From an uncultured Hyphomicrobiales bacterium (GTDB taxonomy: Bacteria > Pseudomonadota > Alphaproteobacteria > Rhizobiales > JACESI01), in assembly GCA_964553335.1 (NCBI GenBank), contig CAZKKW010000001.1, positions 4,645-68,644 on the forward strand: DNA of 64,000 nucleotides. The letters run 5' to 3'. Each line of letters starts with the position of its first letter. Position 1 is the stretch's first letter. Shown here piece after piece: positions 40,193-51,000 of the stretch. A program made the position numbers and the translations under genes. The notes beneath the pieces are model-generated. The model had not been told where the DNA came from and made no database searches. It saw only the letters and a program-made list of their open reading frames with translations.

Positions 40193-41497
40193 GTGAAAAT
40201 GTGCGCGGATTCTTACGTTTTTCAAAGGCTGCGGCAAAGCGGTTTAACCATTTTGCCTGTTTTGCTGCCTGTTATGATTTTTTTGTTTTTGGTTCAAACC
40301 TCGATCAATATTGCCAGCGCACAGGAGATTTCAACAAAAGATTCGCCCGCTAAATTGATTGGATTCAAAATTGCAGGTGATGAAGAAAAAGTTCGCCTTG
40401 TTCTGGAAGTCGATGGTGTTGTCGTGCCGACGGGGTTTCTTTCCAGCGCCCCATTCCGCTATGCGATTGATCTTCCTAGCACAGTAGTGGGTCTGCAAGG
40501 GAAAGCAATTCAAGGTGAACCGGGATTTTTAAAGTCGATCAAATATGGCCGCAACGAAAAGAATGAGCTTCGTTTGATCGTCGGTGCTGAAGTGCCCTTT
40601 GTCTTGAAGGATACGTTTATCGTCCCTAAAGAAACAAACCAACCAACGCGGTTGGTGTTTGATTTTGACAAGACAACGCAAGCCCGCTTTAGAATTGCTA
40701 TGGCAAGACAAGCTGAAGAAGCACGGCTTGAAAAAACAAAAGCGATCAAAAAACATGACGCGCAAGCATCTGAAAAGGCTGATGCCCTAACGCGCGGGCG
40801 TCGGTGGCGGATTGTTATAGATCCGGGGCACGGGGGTAAAGATAGTGGTGCAAAAACGAGAAAAGGAGTGCTTGAAAAAGAAATCGTTCTCTCCTTTGCC
40901 GAGCACCTTGCAACAGCGTTAAGCGGCAGCGGACGGTTTGATATCATTTTGACGCGGACATCAGATACATTCGTTCCGTTAAAAGAACGGGTAAAAATTG
41001 CTCGCGATAATGACGCTGACCTGTTCGTCTCAATCCATTCTGATAGCTTTCCCAGAGACCGTCGTGTGCGTGGCACCGCGATTTACACAATTTCCCAAAA
41101 AGCCTCAGACAGCATGGCAGCTCAATTGGTCGCCGAACAAAATCAATCTGATGCAATCGCTGGCTACGAAATAAAGGATGGCCCAAACGAAGTGGTGGAT
41201 ATTTTGTTTGATCTTACGAGACGAGAAACGAGTAATCTCTCGGTCTTATTTGCTCGCCATTTTTTGAAAGACATGAAAGGTAAGATCAGGTTTTTCAAAG
41301 TGCCTCTTCAGCGTGGTGCTTTCACGGTTTTAAAAGTACCTGACATTCCGTCAGCGTTGATAGAGCTTGGGTTTTTATCAAATAATGCGGATGCTGAACT
41401 CTTGTCTTCCCCGGCATGGAGAGAGCGAATTGCTCTGGAAATGGCGGGAACAATAGCGTCTTACTTCAAAACGCCGTTGTCGGGGCTTGGGGAGTGA
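40193..41497 (+). CDS. amiC: N-acetylmuramoyl-L-alanine amidase (AMIN domain + Amidase_3)
   Basis: 434 aa with a signal/anchor, an AMIN-like N-terminal domain, and an amidase_3 core (VIDPGHGGKDSGA, FVSIHSDS, ALIELGFLSN). The start is either GTG 40193 or ATG 40199. Confidence 0.88.
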   Translation: MKMCADSYVFQRLRQSGLTILPVLLPVMIFLFLVQTSINIASAQEISTKDSPAKLIGFKIAGDEEKVRLVLEVDGVVVPTGFLSSAPFRYAIDLPSTVVGLQGKAIQGEPGFLKSIKYGRNEKNELRLIVGAEVPFVLKDTFIVPKETNQPTRLVFDFDKTTQARFRIAMARQAEEARLEKTKAIKKHDAQASEKADALTRGRRWRIVIDPGHGGKDSGAKTRKGVLEKEIVLSFAEHLATALSGSGRFDIILTRTSDTFVPLKERVKIARDNDADLFVSIHSDSFPRDRRVRGTAIYTISQKASDSMAAQLVAEQNQSDAIAGYEIKDGPNEVVDILFDLTRRETSNLSVLFARHFLKDMKGKIRFFKVPLQRGAFTVLKVPDIPSALIELGFLSNNADAELLSSPAWRERIALEMAGTIASYFKTPLSGLGE

Positions 41498-41517
41498 TAT
41501 TGGGGCTAGGGGAGTGA
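41482..41517. repeat. 20-bp-period direct duplication spanning the amiC stop codon
   Basis: ggggcttggggagtga (41482-41497) is followed by ggggctaggggagtga (41502-41517), 15/16 identical. Both copies end in TGA. Confidence 0.65.
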
Positions 41518-41742
41518 CAAGATCGCCACGCTTAGAACTTTTATTGCGAAAATGGTATACTAATGGGGAAATATGTTGCAGTTTTAACAACTTGCCACAT
41601 TGCTGTCTCAATTTGGCTAGTTGTAATGAAATAACACTTAGTTAGGGACTTAATTGTTATAGTTAACAAAGTGTGTCTCGCATTTTTGCGTCAAACAGCT
41701 TAAATGCACGTTAGCAATGGATGACTAAAGGGCGAAAACTAC

Positions 41743-44217
41743 ATGTTTTTCAGGTTTTTTGGATATTTGTTTGGCATAGGAACGGTGTGTTTTATCATCG
41801 TTGCTGCGGGTGTCACTTATTATATCAGCGAACAAAAAAAGGATTTGCCTGATTATGAAGTGCTGAGCCAATACGAACCGCCCGTAATGACCCGTATTCA
41901 CGCCTCTGATGGTGCCTTGATGGCGGAATATGCAAAACAGCGTCGTTTGTTTTTGCCAAGCCCAGCCATTCCAGACCTCATCAAAGCTGCATTTATTTCT
42001 GCTGAGGATAAAAACTTCTACAATCACACAGGCATTGATTTGACCGGTATTGGTCGTGCGGTCTACGTGAATATCCAAAACAAAGTGAGTGGCCGTAACC
42101 GTCGTCTTGTTGGTGCGTCGACGATTACACAGCAGGTCGCGAAAAACTTTCTTTTGACGAGCGAGCAAAAGATCGAGCGTAAAGTACAAGAAATGCTCTT
42201 GTCGCTGCGAATTGAGGCGGCATATTCAAAAGAAAAAATTCTAGAACTTTACCTTAATGAAATTTATCTCGGCCTTGGTGCTTATGGGGTAGGGGCTGCA
42301 TCACTTGTTTATTTTGATCGCTCAGTCAGTGAAATTTCTCTTGCTGAAGCAGCCTATCTCGCGGCACTGCCAAAAGGGCCAACGAATTATCATCCATTTA
42401 GACACAAAGAGCGCGCTCTTGGTCGCCGCAATTGGGTTATCGACCGTATGGTCGCGAATGGTTACATTTCGACAGAAGTTGGCGAGAAAGCGAAATCTGA
42501 AGATTTGGTCGTTCGTCCGCGTTCTAGGGGAACGAAATTGTTTGCCTCTGAGTACTTCGCGGAAGATGTTCGCCGTGAACTCATTAAATTATATGGCACG
42601 AAAGGCCTTTATGAAGGGGGGCTTTCTGTTCGCACAACATTGGACCCATCCCTTCAGGTGAAAGCACGTCGGGCTTTGCAAAATGGTTTGTTGGGCTTTG
42701 ACCGTCGACGCGGCTGGCGCGGTCCTCATGCTAAGTTAGAACTTAAAGATGAATGGGGTAAAGAACTCGGCGAGGTTAAAGGCCTTCGTGATGTTCCTGA
42801 ATGGAAACTTGCGGTCGTCCTCGATATGGATGATCAAGGCGCAACGGTCGGCTTGCAGCCATCGAAGCTTGTCTCTGGCGCGCTGTCGAAAGAGCGCAAT
42901 AAAGTTCGGGTGCCTGTTGATACAATGAAATGGGCGCGTTGGGCTAAAGGTGATCGACGCGGCATCGCTGTAAAGACACCACATGATATTCTGTCGATAG
43001 GGGATGTTATTTTTGTTCAGCCGAAGAACCGTCGTGCAACCGCTGGTGATTATGCTCTGAGACAAGTGCCCGAGATTGAAGGCGCTATAACCGCAATGGA
43101 CCCTTACACAGGCCGCGTTCTTGCAATGGTCGGTGGTTTCAGTTTTTCAGACAGCCAATTTAACCGTGTATCACAAGCAAAACGACAACCTGGTTCGTCA
43201 TTCAAGCCATTTGTTTATGCAGCAGCCCTTGATAATGGCTACACGCCGTCATCTGTGGTGCTTGATGCAGAAATTGCGATCGACCAAGGTAATGGTCTTG
43301 GGATTTGGAAACCTAAAAATTACGGTAAGAAGTTCTACGGCCCGTCAACGCTTCGTCTTGGGATTGAGCGTTCAAGAAACGCCATGACCGTGCGTTTGGC
43401 GAAAGATATGGGCATGCCGCTGGTTGCTGAATACTCAAAACGCTTCGGTATCTATGACAATCTTTCACCTGTGCTTGCGATGTCTCTTGGGGCTGGTGAA
43501 ACAACAGCCCTTCGCATGGTGAGTGCTTATTCAGTACTTGCCAATGGTGGCCGTAAGATTGAACCAACTTTGATTGACCGTATTCAAGACCGCTACGGTA
43601 AAACAGTGTTTAAACACGACAAGCGTATTTGTGAGGGCTGTGAAGCAAATGCTTGGGAAAATCAGAATGAACCAGTCCTGATTGACGAGCGCGAACAGGT
43701 ACTTGACCCAATGACCGCTTATCAAGTGACGTCTATGATGGAAGGCGTTGTAAAACGCGGTACTGGTGCTGCAGTTAAAGCTCTTGGCAAGCCAATTGCT
43801 GGTAAAACAGGCACAACAAACGATGAAAAAGACGCATGGTTTGTTGGTTATGCGCCGGACCTTGTTGTTGGTGTTTATGTCGGTTACGACACGCCACGTG
43901 CAATGGGTAAAGGTAATACAGGCGGCCAGTTGGCAGCACCTATCTTTGCAGCATTCATGGAAGAGGCTCTTAAAGGTAAGCCGCCTGTAGAGTTTCGCGT
44001 TCCTGAAGGTCTGACATTGATTTCAATTAACGCGAAAACGGGCCTTCGCACGAGTTCAACAGGTGATGGAACAATCTTAGAAGCCTTCAAGCCGGGCACC
44101 GCACCGCCTAGCCAAACAGACGTTATTGGTTATTCAGCAGCTCTAGGTGGCGCACCTATCACCCGTTCGCAAGAAACAGACCGAGCCATCATCTCCGGTA
44201 CTGGCGGACTTTATTAA
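41743..44217 (+). CDS. mrcA: penicillin-binding protein 1A (bifunctional glycosyltransferase/transpeptidase)
   Basis: 824 aa with an N-terminal TM helix, GT51 motifs (EDKNFYNHTGID, GASTITQQVAKN, RKVQEM), and transpeptidase motifs SSFKP, SRN and KTGTT. Confidence 0.95.
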   Translation: MFFRFFGYLFGIGTVCFIIVAAGVTYYISEQKKDLPDYEVLSQYEPPVMTRIHASDGALMAEYAKQRRLFLPSPAIPDLIKAAFISAEDKNFYNHTGIDLTGIGRAVYVNIQNKVSGRNRRLVGASTITQQVAKNFLLTSEQKIERKVQEMLLSLRIEAAYSKEKILELYLNEIYLGLGAYGVGAASLVYFDRSVSEISLAEAAYLAALPKGPTNYHPFRHKERALGRRNWVIDRMVANGYISTEVGEKAKSEDLVVRPRSRGTKLFASEYFAEDVRRELIKLYGTKGLYEGGLSVRTTLDPSLQVKARRALQNGLLGFDRRRGWRGPHAKLELKDEWGKELGEVKGLRDVPEWKLAVVLDMDDQGATVGLQPSKLVSGALSKERNKVRVPVDTMKWARWAKGDRRGIAVKTPHDILSIGDVIFVQPKNRRATAGDYALRQVPEIEGAITAMDPYTGRVLAMVGGFSFSDSQFNRVSQAKRQPGSSFKPFVYAAALDNGYTPSSVVLDAEIAIDQGNGLGIWKPKNYGKKFYGPSTLRLGIERSRNAMTVRLAKDMGMPLVAEYSKRFGIYDNLSPVLAMSLGAGETTALRMVSAYSVLANGGRKIEPTLIDRIQDRYGKTVFKHDKRICEGCEANAWENQNEPVLIDEREQVLDPMTAYQVTSMMEGVVKRGTGAAVKALGKPIAGKTGTTNDEKDAWFVGYAPDLVVGVYVGYDTPRAMGKGNTGGQLAAPIFAAFMEEALKGKPPVEFRVPEGLTLISINAKTGLRTSSTGDGTILEAFKPGTAPPSQTDVIGYSAALGGAPITRSQETDRAIISGTGGLY

Positions 44218-44297
44218 GTAGCTAACAAGCGAATTCCATCCTTGACGGTTTGCCGCGTATGACTATTGTCGCGGCAGACTGTTAAAGGCAAAAAACT

Positions 44298-45429
44298 ATG
44301 CGCGCAGAAACCCAATCGACCATCGAAGAAATCAAGCAGGCGCTTAGCTTGCTGAGGAGGCACCTTTGACTGGGATAGCGCCGTCAAACGCTTAGAGGCA
44401 TTGAATGCCAAGGTGGAAGACCCGAACCTGTGGGATGACGCTGCCAATGCACAAAAAGTAATGCGCGAACGTCAACAGCTTGATGACCAAATGTCATCTG
44501 TTACCCAAGTTGAAACAGACCTCAACGACGCCATCGAGTTGATTGAACTTGGTGAGATGGAAGATGACGCGGATGTCGTAGCAGAGGCCGAAGCTGGCCT
44601 TACCGATATGCTAGAGATGATTGCCCGCAAACAGGTGGAAACACTCCTATCTGGCGAAGCAGACGGCAATGACACTTATATCGAGGTGCATTCCGGCGCC
44701 GGCGGCACAGAAAGCCAAGATTGGGCGTCAATGCTCATGCGCATGTATACGCGCTGGGCAGAACGCAGCCAATTCAAAGTTGAAGTGCTGGAGATGCAAG
44801 ACGGCGAAGAAGCTGGCATAAAATCTGTGACTTTGTTGATTAAGGGCCAAAATGCCTATGGTTGGGGCAAAACAGAATCAGGCGTGCATCGTCTGGTTCG
44901 CATTTCTCCCTTTGACAGTCAAAACCGTCGCCACACCAGTTTTGCAAGCGTGTGGGTGTATCCGGTTGTTGACGATTCCATTGAGATTGAAGTGTCTGAA
45001 AGTGATGTGCGCATTGATACCTACCGCGCTTCAGGCGCGGGTGGGCAGCACGTTAACACCACAGATAGTGCGGTGCGCATCACCCATATTGAAACAGGCA
45101 TTGTCGCCCAGTGTCAAAACGGTCGCTCACAACACCAAAACAAAGCAACCGCTTGGCAAATGTTGCGCGCGCGCCTTTATGAAGAAGAGCTAAAACGCCG
45201 CGAAGAAGAAGCAAATGCCAGTTCAGCCACAAAAACCGATATTGGTTGGGGGCACCAGATCCGTTCTTATGTTTTACAGCCCTATCAAATGGTCAAAGAC
45301 CTGCGTACAGGCGTTGAAAGCGGCAATCCACAAGCGGTCCTCGATGGTGATTTAGATAAATACATGGAAGCAGCTCTTGCCCAACGGGTTATGGGCGGCG
45401 GTGAGCCTGTCGAAGACCTAGACGCTTAA
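44298..45429 (+). CDS. prfB: peptide chain release factor 2, requires +1 programmed ribosomal frameshift at 44364-44370
   Basis: Frame 0 (ATG 44298) encodes [23 protein letters not shown] and then TGA at 44367. The +1 frame continues [24 protein letters not shown]... into ORF 44401..45429, which carries the SPF and GGQ (SGAGGQHVN) motifs. Confidence 0.95.
44355..44370 (+). promoter_or_regulatory. prfB autoregulatory frameshift site (internal SD + CTT TGA C)
   Basis: AGGAGG (44355-44360), CAC spacer, then CTT TGA C (44364-44370). This is the same architecture as the E. coli site AGGGGG-TAT-CTT-TGA-C. Confidence 0.92.
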
Positions 45430-45452
45430 CCCAGGCGTCGTGGGTGAAACTG

Positions 45453-46217
45453 TTAGTTTCTGAATTGTTCGTCCAAAATTCGGTCTTCCCATGAATGGCT
45501 GGCATCAAACATGATCACAGCGCTTTGGCTTTGATCTTCATGGATGCGCACCTCGGTGATGGATTTCATTTCGGTATGATCCGCAACAGCATTCACAGGG
45601 CGTTTTTCGTGTTCCAATACCTCAATCTTGACGTGAGATTGGTTCGGCAACAAAGCGCCATTCCAACGTCTTGGTCTAAACGGGCTGATGGGTGTTAGTG
45701 CCAATAAAGGCGCACGGATTGGGATAATGGGGCCTTGAGCGGAAAAGTTATAAGCCGTGCTGCCTTGCGGTGTTGCACACAAAATGCCGTCACAAACGAG
45801 CTCTGGAAGCCGCACTTTGCCATCAATTGAAATGCGCAGTTTTGCCGCTTGATAAGATTGACGAAATAGCGAAACCTCATTCAGGGCGAGGGCATGGGAC
45901 ATGTTGCCATCCCCATCAACGGTGGTCATGGAAAGCGGGTAGATGCGTGTTGAAACCGCGTCGGCAACCCGCTTTGGCAACCCTTCCGCATAATATTCAT
46001 TCATCAAGAAACCAATGGTTCCTTTGTTCATGCCATAAATGGGTGTGTTTTTGTTGAGAACAGAGTTGACCGTATGCAGCATCATGCCGTCGCCGCCAAG
46101 GGCCACAATGACTTCGGCGGAATCAGCTTCGCATTGTCCATAAAGGTCGATGCATTCTTGCAGCGCTTGTTGCGCGTCTTCCGCCTGTGAGGCGACAAAA
46201 TGGAATTTAATAGTCAC
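45453..46217 (-). CDS. nadK: NAD kinase
   Basis: 254 aa with the GGDGMMLH motif, an NE..LFR-like segment and TPQGSTAYNFSAQGPI. Confidence 0.9.
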   Translation of the reverse strand: MTIKFHFVASQAEDAQQALQECIDLYGQCEADSAEVIVALGGDGMMLHTVNSVLNKNTPIYGMNKGTIGFLMNEYYAEGLPKRVADAVSTRIYPLSMTTVDGDGNMSHALALNEVSLFRQSYQAAKLRISIDGKVRLPELVCDGILCATPQGSTAYNFSAQGPIIPIRAPLLALTPISPFRPRRWNGALLPNQSHVKIEVLEHEKRPVNAVADHTEMKSITEVRIHEDQSQSAVIMFDASHSWEDRILDEQFRN

Positions 46218-46321
46218 TGTGTCGCGCCATGCCCATAAGTTACGAGCAAACGTCTTATCACACCTAGCATCGTGTGATCAATTGTCGCGTTTACGGCAAT
46301 TTTTAACGAGGTATCACCAGC

Positions 46322-46423
46322 TTACACCATAAGAGCTGCAATAACGCCAACCCATAGGATAAGCGAAAAACCAAGACCAATTGCAAAATGCCGCCAAATT
46401 GAATTTTTGTTTTCGTCCGCCAT
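46322..46423 (-). CDS. possible 33-aa single-pass membrane peptide
   Basis: MADENKNSIWRHFAIGLGFSLILWVGVIAALMV. The ATG at 46423 is preceded by AAAGGGGA at good spacing. The longer 117-aa ORF version has no supporting features. Confidence 0.4.
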   Translation of the reverse strand: MADENKNSIWRHFAIGLGFSLILWVGVIAALMV

Positions 46424-46581
46424 GGTATTCCCCTTTCTAGAATAAAGCCTAAAGAACGGTTCGCTAAGAGGCGAGTAAACCGTACTCATCTTGTTGTGAG
46501 TCTCATGTGATGCTGGAACGTAAGAGCTGATTGTGTCAAAGATATTACTTGGATGTTGATTGTGTTGAATTGAGGTAAAGC

Positions 46582-47916
46582 GTGGCGTTAGATCTGCTAA
46601 CGGTGAATGATGAGTTGGGCGAATATCCGCCTTCTTATTACACGGCAACTGCGTCTCAACCGCCGCTTCAAACAAGTTTAAGTGACAAGCTTTTTGTGGA
46701 TGTCTGCATTATTGGGGCAGGCTACACAGGCCTATCTGCGGCCCTTCATCTTGCTAAGGCTGGGCGTCGTGTCGTGGTGCTGGAAGCGCACCGTGTGGGG
46801 TGGGGTGCATCAGGTCGCAACGGCGGGCAGCTTGGAACAGGCCAGCGCCGCGATCAAGACGAACTTGAAGCAATGCTTGGCAAGACAGCCGCCCACGAAA
46901 TGTGGACCTTGGCAGAAGACGCTAAAACGCTCGTGAAATCCTTAATCAATGACCTCGATATTGATTGTGATTATCATTCCGGCATTGTGCACGCAGACCA
47001 CAAACGATCCTATGTGAAGGAAAGCGAGCAATATGCTGACTTTCTTCAAAAGGAATACGGATACAATGATATTTCATATCTTAATCAATCATCGGTGCAC
47101 GAGATCGTTGGCTGTGAGGGGTATTATGGCGGTACGCTCGATTTAGGAGCAGGGCATCTTCATCCCCTCAAATTTGCCTTTGGCCTCGCTAAGGCTGCAA
47201 GTGAGGCCGGCGTACAAATTTTTGAAAATAGTTTTGTGACCGAGGTGAGCCAAAGCAATAAGCCCATTGTTAAAACAGCCACTGGCGAAGTGGTGTGCGA
47301 TACGGTCCTTTTTGCCTGCAATGGCTATCTCGGCAATCTTGGAGACAAGACAACAGCACCGTGTCGCAGTCGCGTTATGCCGATCAATAATTTCATCATC
47401 GTCAGTGAGCCATTGGATGATGATTTCGCTGATAGTGTATTGAAGAATGACTATGCGGTGGCCGATAGCCGTTTTGTGGTGAACTATTTTAGAATGGTGC
47501 GTGATGCGCCTGATCGGCCTAAACGTCTTCTTTTTGGCGGGGGTGAGAATTACGGCTATCGCTTCCCAAAGGATATCAAAGCCTTCGTCAAAAAGCCGAT
47601 GATAAAGGTCTATCCGCAAATGAGGCCCCATGCGATTGACTATGGCTGGGGTGGTACGCTTGCGATCACTGTGCCACGAATGCCCGCTTTCCAACGTCTC
47701 AACGCCAATATGTATGCAGCCAGCGGTTATTCAGGTCACGGTGTCGGCATGGCGACAATGGGCGGCAAAATACTTGCCGATGTGGTGCTTGGCGATAGTG
47801 ACAAGTTCGATCTATTTCAAAAGGTGCCGAAGATGGGTTTTCCGGGCAATTCACTCCTGCGCTGGCCGTTGCTTGTTGCTGCCATGACATATTATTCTAT
47901 TCGCGATAGATTATAA
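46582..47916 (+). CDS. FAD-dependent oxidoreductase (DAO family; gamma-glutamylputrescine-oxidase-like)
   Basis: 444 aa with the dinucleotide-binding motif VDVCIIGAGYTGLSAALHLAKAG and a DAO-family C-terminal half. It uses a GTG start. Confidence 0.85.
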   Translation: MALDLLTVNDELGEYPPSYYTATASQPPLQTSLSDKLFVDVCIIGAGYTGLSAALHLAKAGRRVVVLEAHRVGWGASGRNGGQLGTGQRRDQDELEAMLGKTAAHEMWTLAEDAKTLVKSLINDLDIDCDYHSGIVHADHKRSYVKESEQYADFLQKEYGYNDISYLNQSSVHEIVGCEGYYGGTLDLGAGHLHPLKFAFGLAKAASEAGVQIFENSFVTEVSQSNKPIVKTATGEVVCDTVLFACNGYLGNLGDKTTAPCRSRVMPINNFIIVSEPLDDDFADSVLKNDYAVADSRFVVNYFRMVRDAPDRPKRLLFGGGENYGYRFPKDIKAFVKKPMIKVYPQMRPHAIDYGWGGTLAITVPRMPAFQRLNANMYAASGYSGHGVGMATMGGKILADVVLGDSDKFDLFQKVPKMGFPGNSLLRWPLLVAAMTYYSIRDRL

Positions 47917-48059
47917 GCGATTTCTTGCAAAGTCGCGTTATGCCCTCGTGCACTACCCATGGGATTGATATAGAATTTGATCGACTACGGATTGATTTTT
48001 TGAAGAAAGGTCAGTAGTGTTGACCTAATTGTTGGGGAGGCCAGCATCGGGAGAGAGTT

Positions 48060-51000
48060 ATGAAACACGAACTACCTAATGCCCATGTGACGTTGGAAGA
48101 TAAGTACAACGCAGAAAGTGGTCAGGTCTTTATGAGTGGGGTTCAAGCGCTCATTCGCTTGCCGATGACTCAAATTAAACGCGACCGTGCTGCGGGCCTG
48201 AAAACAGGTGGTTTCATCTCCGGTTATCGCGGCTCTCCTCTTGGCAACTACGATCAGCAACTTCAAAAAAGCAAAATTTGGCTGGATCAGCACAACATAA
48301 AATTTCAACCGGGTGTCAACGAAGAATTAGCCGCAACCGCCGTTTGGGGTAGCCAACAACTTCATTTGTCGCCGGGTGCTGAATATGATGGCGTGTTTGG
48401 CATTTGGTACGGAAAAGGGCCGGGCGTTGACCGTTCTGGTGATGTTTTCAAACATGGCAATGCGGCTGGTAGCAGCAAGCATGGCGGTGTTTTGTGTTTG
48501 GCTGGTGATGATCATGGAGCTAAATCTTCCACATTGCCGCATCAATCTGACCACGCCTTTATGAGTGCGGTTATGCCGATGCTTTATCCAAGTCACGCAG
48601 GTGAGTTTTTGGAATTGGGTTTAGCGGGTATTGCCATGTCTCGCTATTCTGGTTGCTGGACGGGGATGAAAGTCATCGCCGATACAATTGAGACCACAGG
48701 TGTGATTGATCTGGCAGGTGAACAACGTCAATTCGTTGAGCCAACTGATTTTGATATGCCAGAGGATGGGCTGAATATTCGCTGGCCAGATGATCGCTGG
48801 ACACAGGACCAACGCTTACAAGAGCAAAAAGGCTATGCTGCCCTTGCATGGGCGCGCGCCAATAAGCTTGACCGTGTGGTGATGGACACCAAGCGTCCAC
48901 GAATCGGCATTATCGCGTCCGGAAAATCTTATGAAGATGTGCGTCAGGCCTTACGAGAGCTAGAGATTGATGACATAACCGCAGACCGTCTCGGCCTTCG
49001 ATTGTATAAAGTCGCGATGCCTTGGCCATTAGAGCCTTATGGTGTGCGAGAATTTGCTGAAGGGCTTGAGACTATTTTGGTGGTCGAAGAACGGCGCGAA
49101 ATCATTGAAAATCAAATCAAACAACAGCTCTACAATTGGACGCCGAACAAGCGGCCAAAAGTGATTGGTAAATTTGATATAGAAGATAAACCGTTACTGC
49201 CTTTGGGCAAAGAACTGACCACGGGCATTATCGCGCGGGCAATTTGTGACCTTGTGATGAAGGTGCAAATGGATTCTGGCCTTAAAGAGCAACTACAAAG
49301 GAAACTCGATTGGTTTGCCAGACGTGCTGAAATGCGCAAGAAGCACGTCGCTGCCACTGAACGGTTGCCTTATTTCTGTTCGGGTTGCCCGCATAACTCC
49401 TCAACCAAACTGCCAGATGGTAGCCGTGCTCTTGGCGGGATCGGGTGTCACTTTATGGTGCTTTGGATGGACCGTAGTACGGAAACCTTTAGCCATATGG
49501 GGGGTGAGGGTATCGCGTGGACAGGATCAGCGCCTTACACCAAAGAAAAGCATATTTTCGCTAATTTAGGCGACGGGACTTATTTCCATTCCGGTTCATT
49601 GGCCATTCGCCAAGCGGTCTCCAGTGGTGCGAATATTACCTACAAAATTCTCTATAATGATGCGGTCGCCATGACAGGCGGGCAATCGGTGGACGGTAGT
49701 TTAACGCCGCCCCAAATAACGCATCAACTGTATAATGAAGGCGTCAAAAAGATTTATCTGATTTCAGATGAACCTGAACGCTATCCGCAATCTACTTTGG
49801 CGCCGGGTGTAACCCTAGGCCATAGAGATACGCTTGATGCAGCCATGAACGATTTAAAAGAAATCGAAGGTTGTACTGCAATTGTTTATGACCAAACGTG
49901 TGCGGCAGAAAAACGTCGCCGTCGTAAGCGTGGTTTGATGGAAGATCCGTCAAAGCGGGTTATGATCAATTCCGCCGTCTGTGAAGGCTGCGGTGATTGT
50001 TCGGTTCAATCGAATTGTGTTTCTGTTGAACCGCTCGAAACCCCGCTTGGCCGAAAGCGTAAAATCAATCAATCTGCTTGTAACAAAGATTTTTCCTGTG
50101 TGAACGGGTTCTGCCCATCGTTTGTTACAATTGAAGGCGCTGACTTAAAGAAGAGCGAAGGTCTGCAAAACGTTGATTTCTCTTTCCTCCCAGATGCACA
50201 AAAAACACCAGCACTAAACAGACCGTATAATATTGCTGTTACAGGTGTAGGTGGAACGGGTGTTTTGACGGTTGGTGCAATCATCGGCATGGCGGCCCAC
50301 CTTGATGGCAAAGCCGCGAATATTCTCGATATGTCTGGCATTGCCCAAAAGGGTGGGGCGGTTATTAGCCATGTGAGATTGGCTGAAAATGCTGAAGACA
50401 TAGGTGCTGCCCGCCTTTCAACAGGCTCCGCAGATTTGCTTATCGCGGCTGATAATGTGGTTGCTGGCACTGTTGACGGCGTCGTTCTTTGCGAGGCGGA
50501 CCACACATCAGGCGTCGTCAATTCTCACCTAACGCCAACCCAAGAATTTGTTCGCGAGCGTGATTTTGATTTCCAAGAATATGCAGTGATGGGTAAAATC
50601 AAAGAGGCTGTTGGTGATGACCTGAGCACCCACAACTTTACTGAAATTGCTGAAGCTGCATGTGGTGACACCATCGCAACCAACATAATGATGGTCGGTT
50701 ACGCCTATCAAACAGGCAAGTTGCCAGTAACGCGCGAAGCTATTGAGCGGGCAATTGAACTGAATGGTGTTGCTGTTGAATTCAATTTACGTGCGTTTAG
50801 TTGGGGACGTTTGCTGGCTCATGATCCTGAACGCTTGCAAGAATTACTCGGCGATGCCTTGCCTGAACATGTGGCCATTCCGCGTACACTAGAAGAGATT
50901 GTGGAACATCGCGCAAAACACCTGACAGAGTACCAAAACAAGGCACTGGCCAAACGTTTCCGTGCCTTCATTGCAAAATGTCAGGATGGAACGCTGAATG

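Noticed and set aside
41640-41700. CtrA-box-like TTAA...TTAAC upstream of mrcA (cttaattgttatagttaac)
   Set aside because: The spacer between TTAA half-sites is 9 nt rather than the required 7 nt.
40510-42189. Minus-strand ORFs of 188 aa (40510..41076) and 154 aa (41725..42189)
   Set aside because: They are antisense to the amidase gene and to the 5' end of mrcA respectively. They are shadow ORFs without RBS or recognisable domains.
46322-46675. Full 117-aa version of the minus-strand ORF
   Set aside because: Its upstream two-thirds overlap the start of the opposite-strand oxidoreductase and have no start signal. Only the terminal 33 codons are retained, as a low-confidence small-protein call.
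47143-47694. 183-aa minus-strand ORF
   Set aside because: It is antisense to the FAD-dependent oxidoreductase, whose dinucleotide-binding motif and length are convincing.
50069-50521. 150-aa minus-strand ORF
   Set aside because: It is antisense to the indolepyruvate-ferredoxin-oxidoreductase-family gene. Its Ala/Pro/Ser-rich composition marks it as a shadow ORF.
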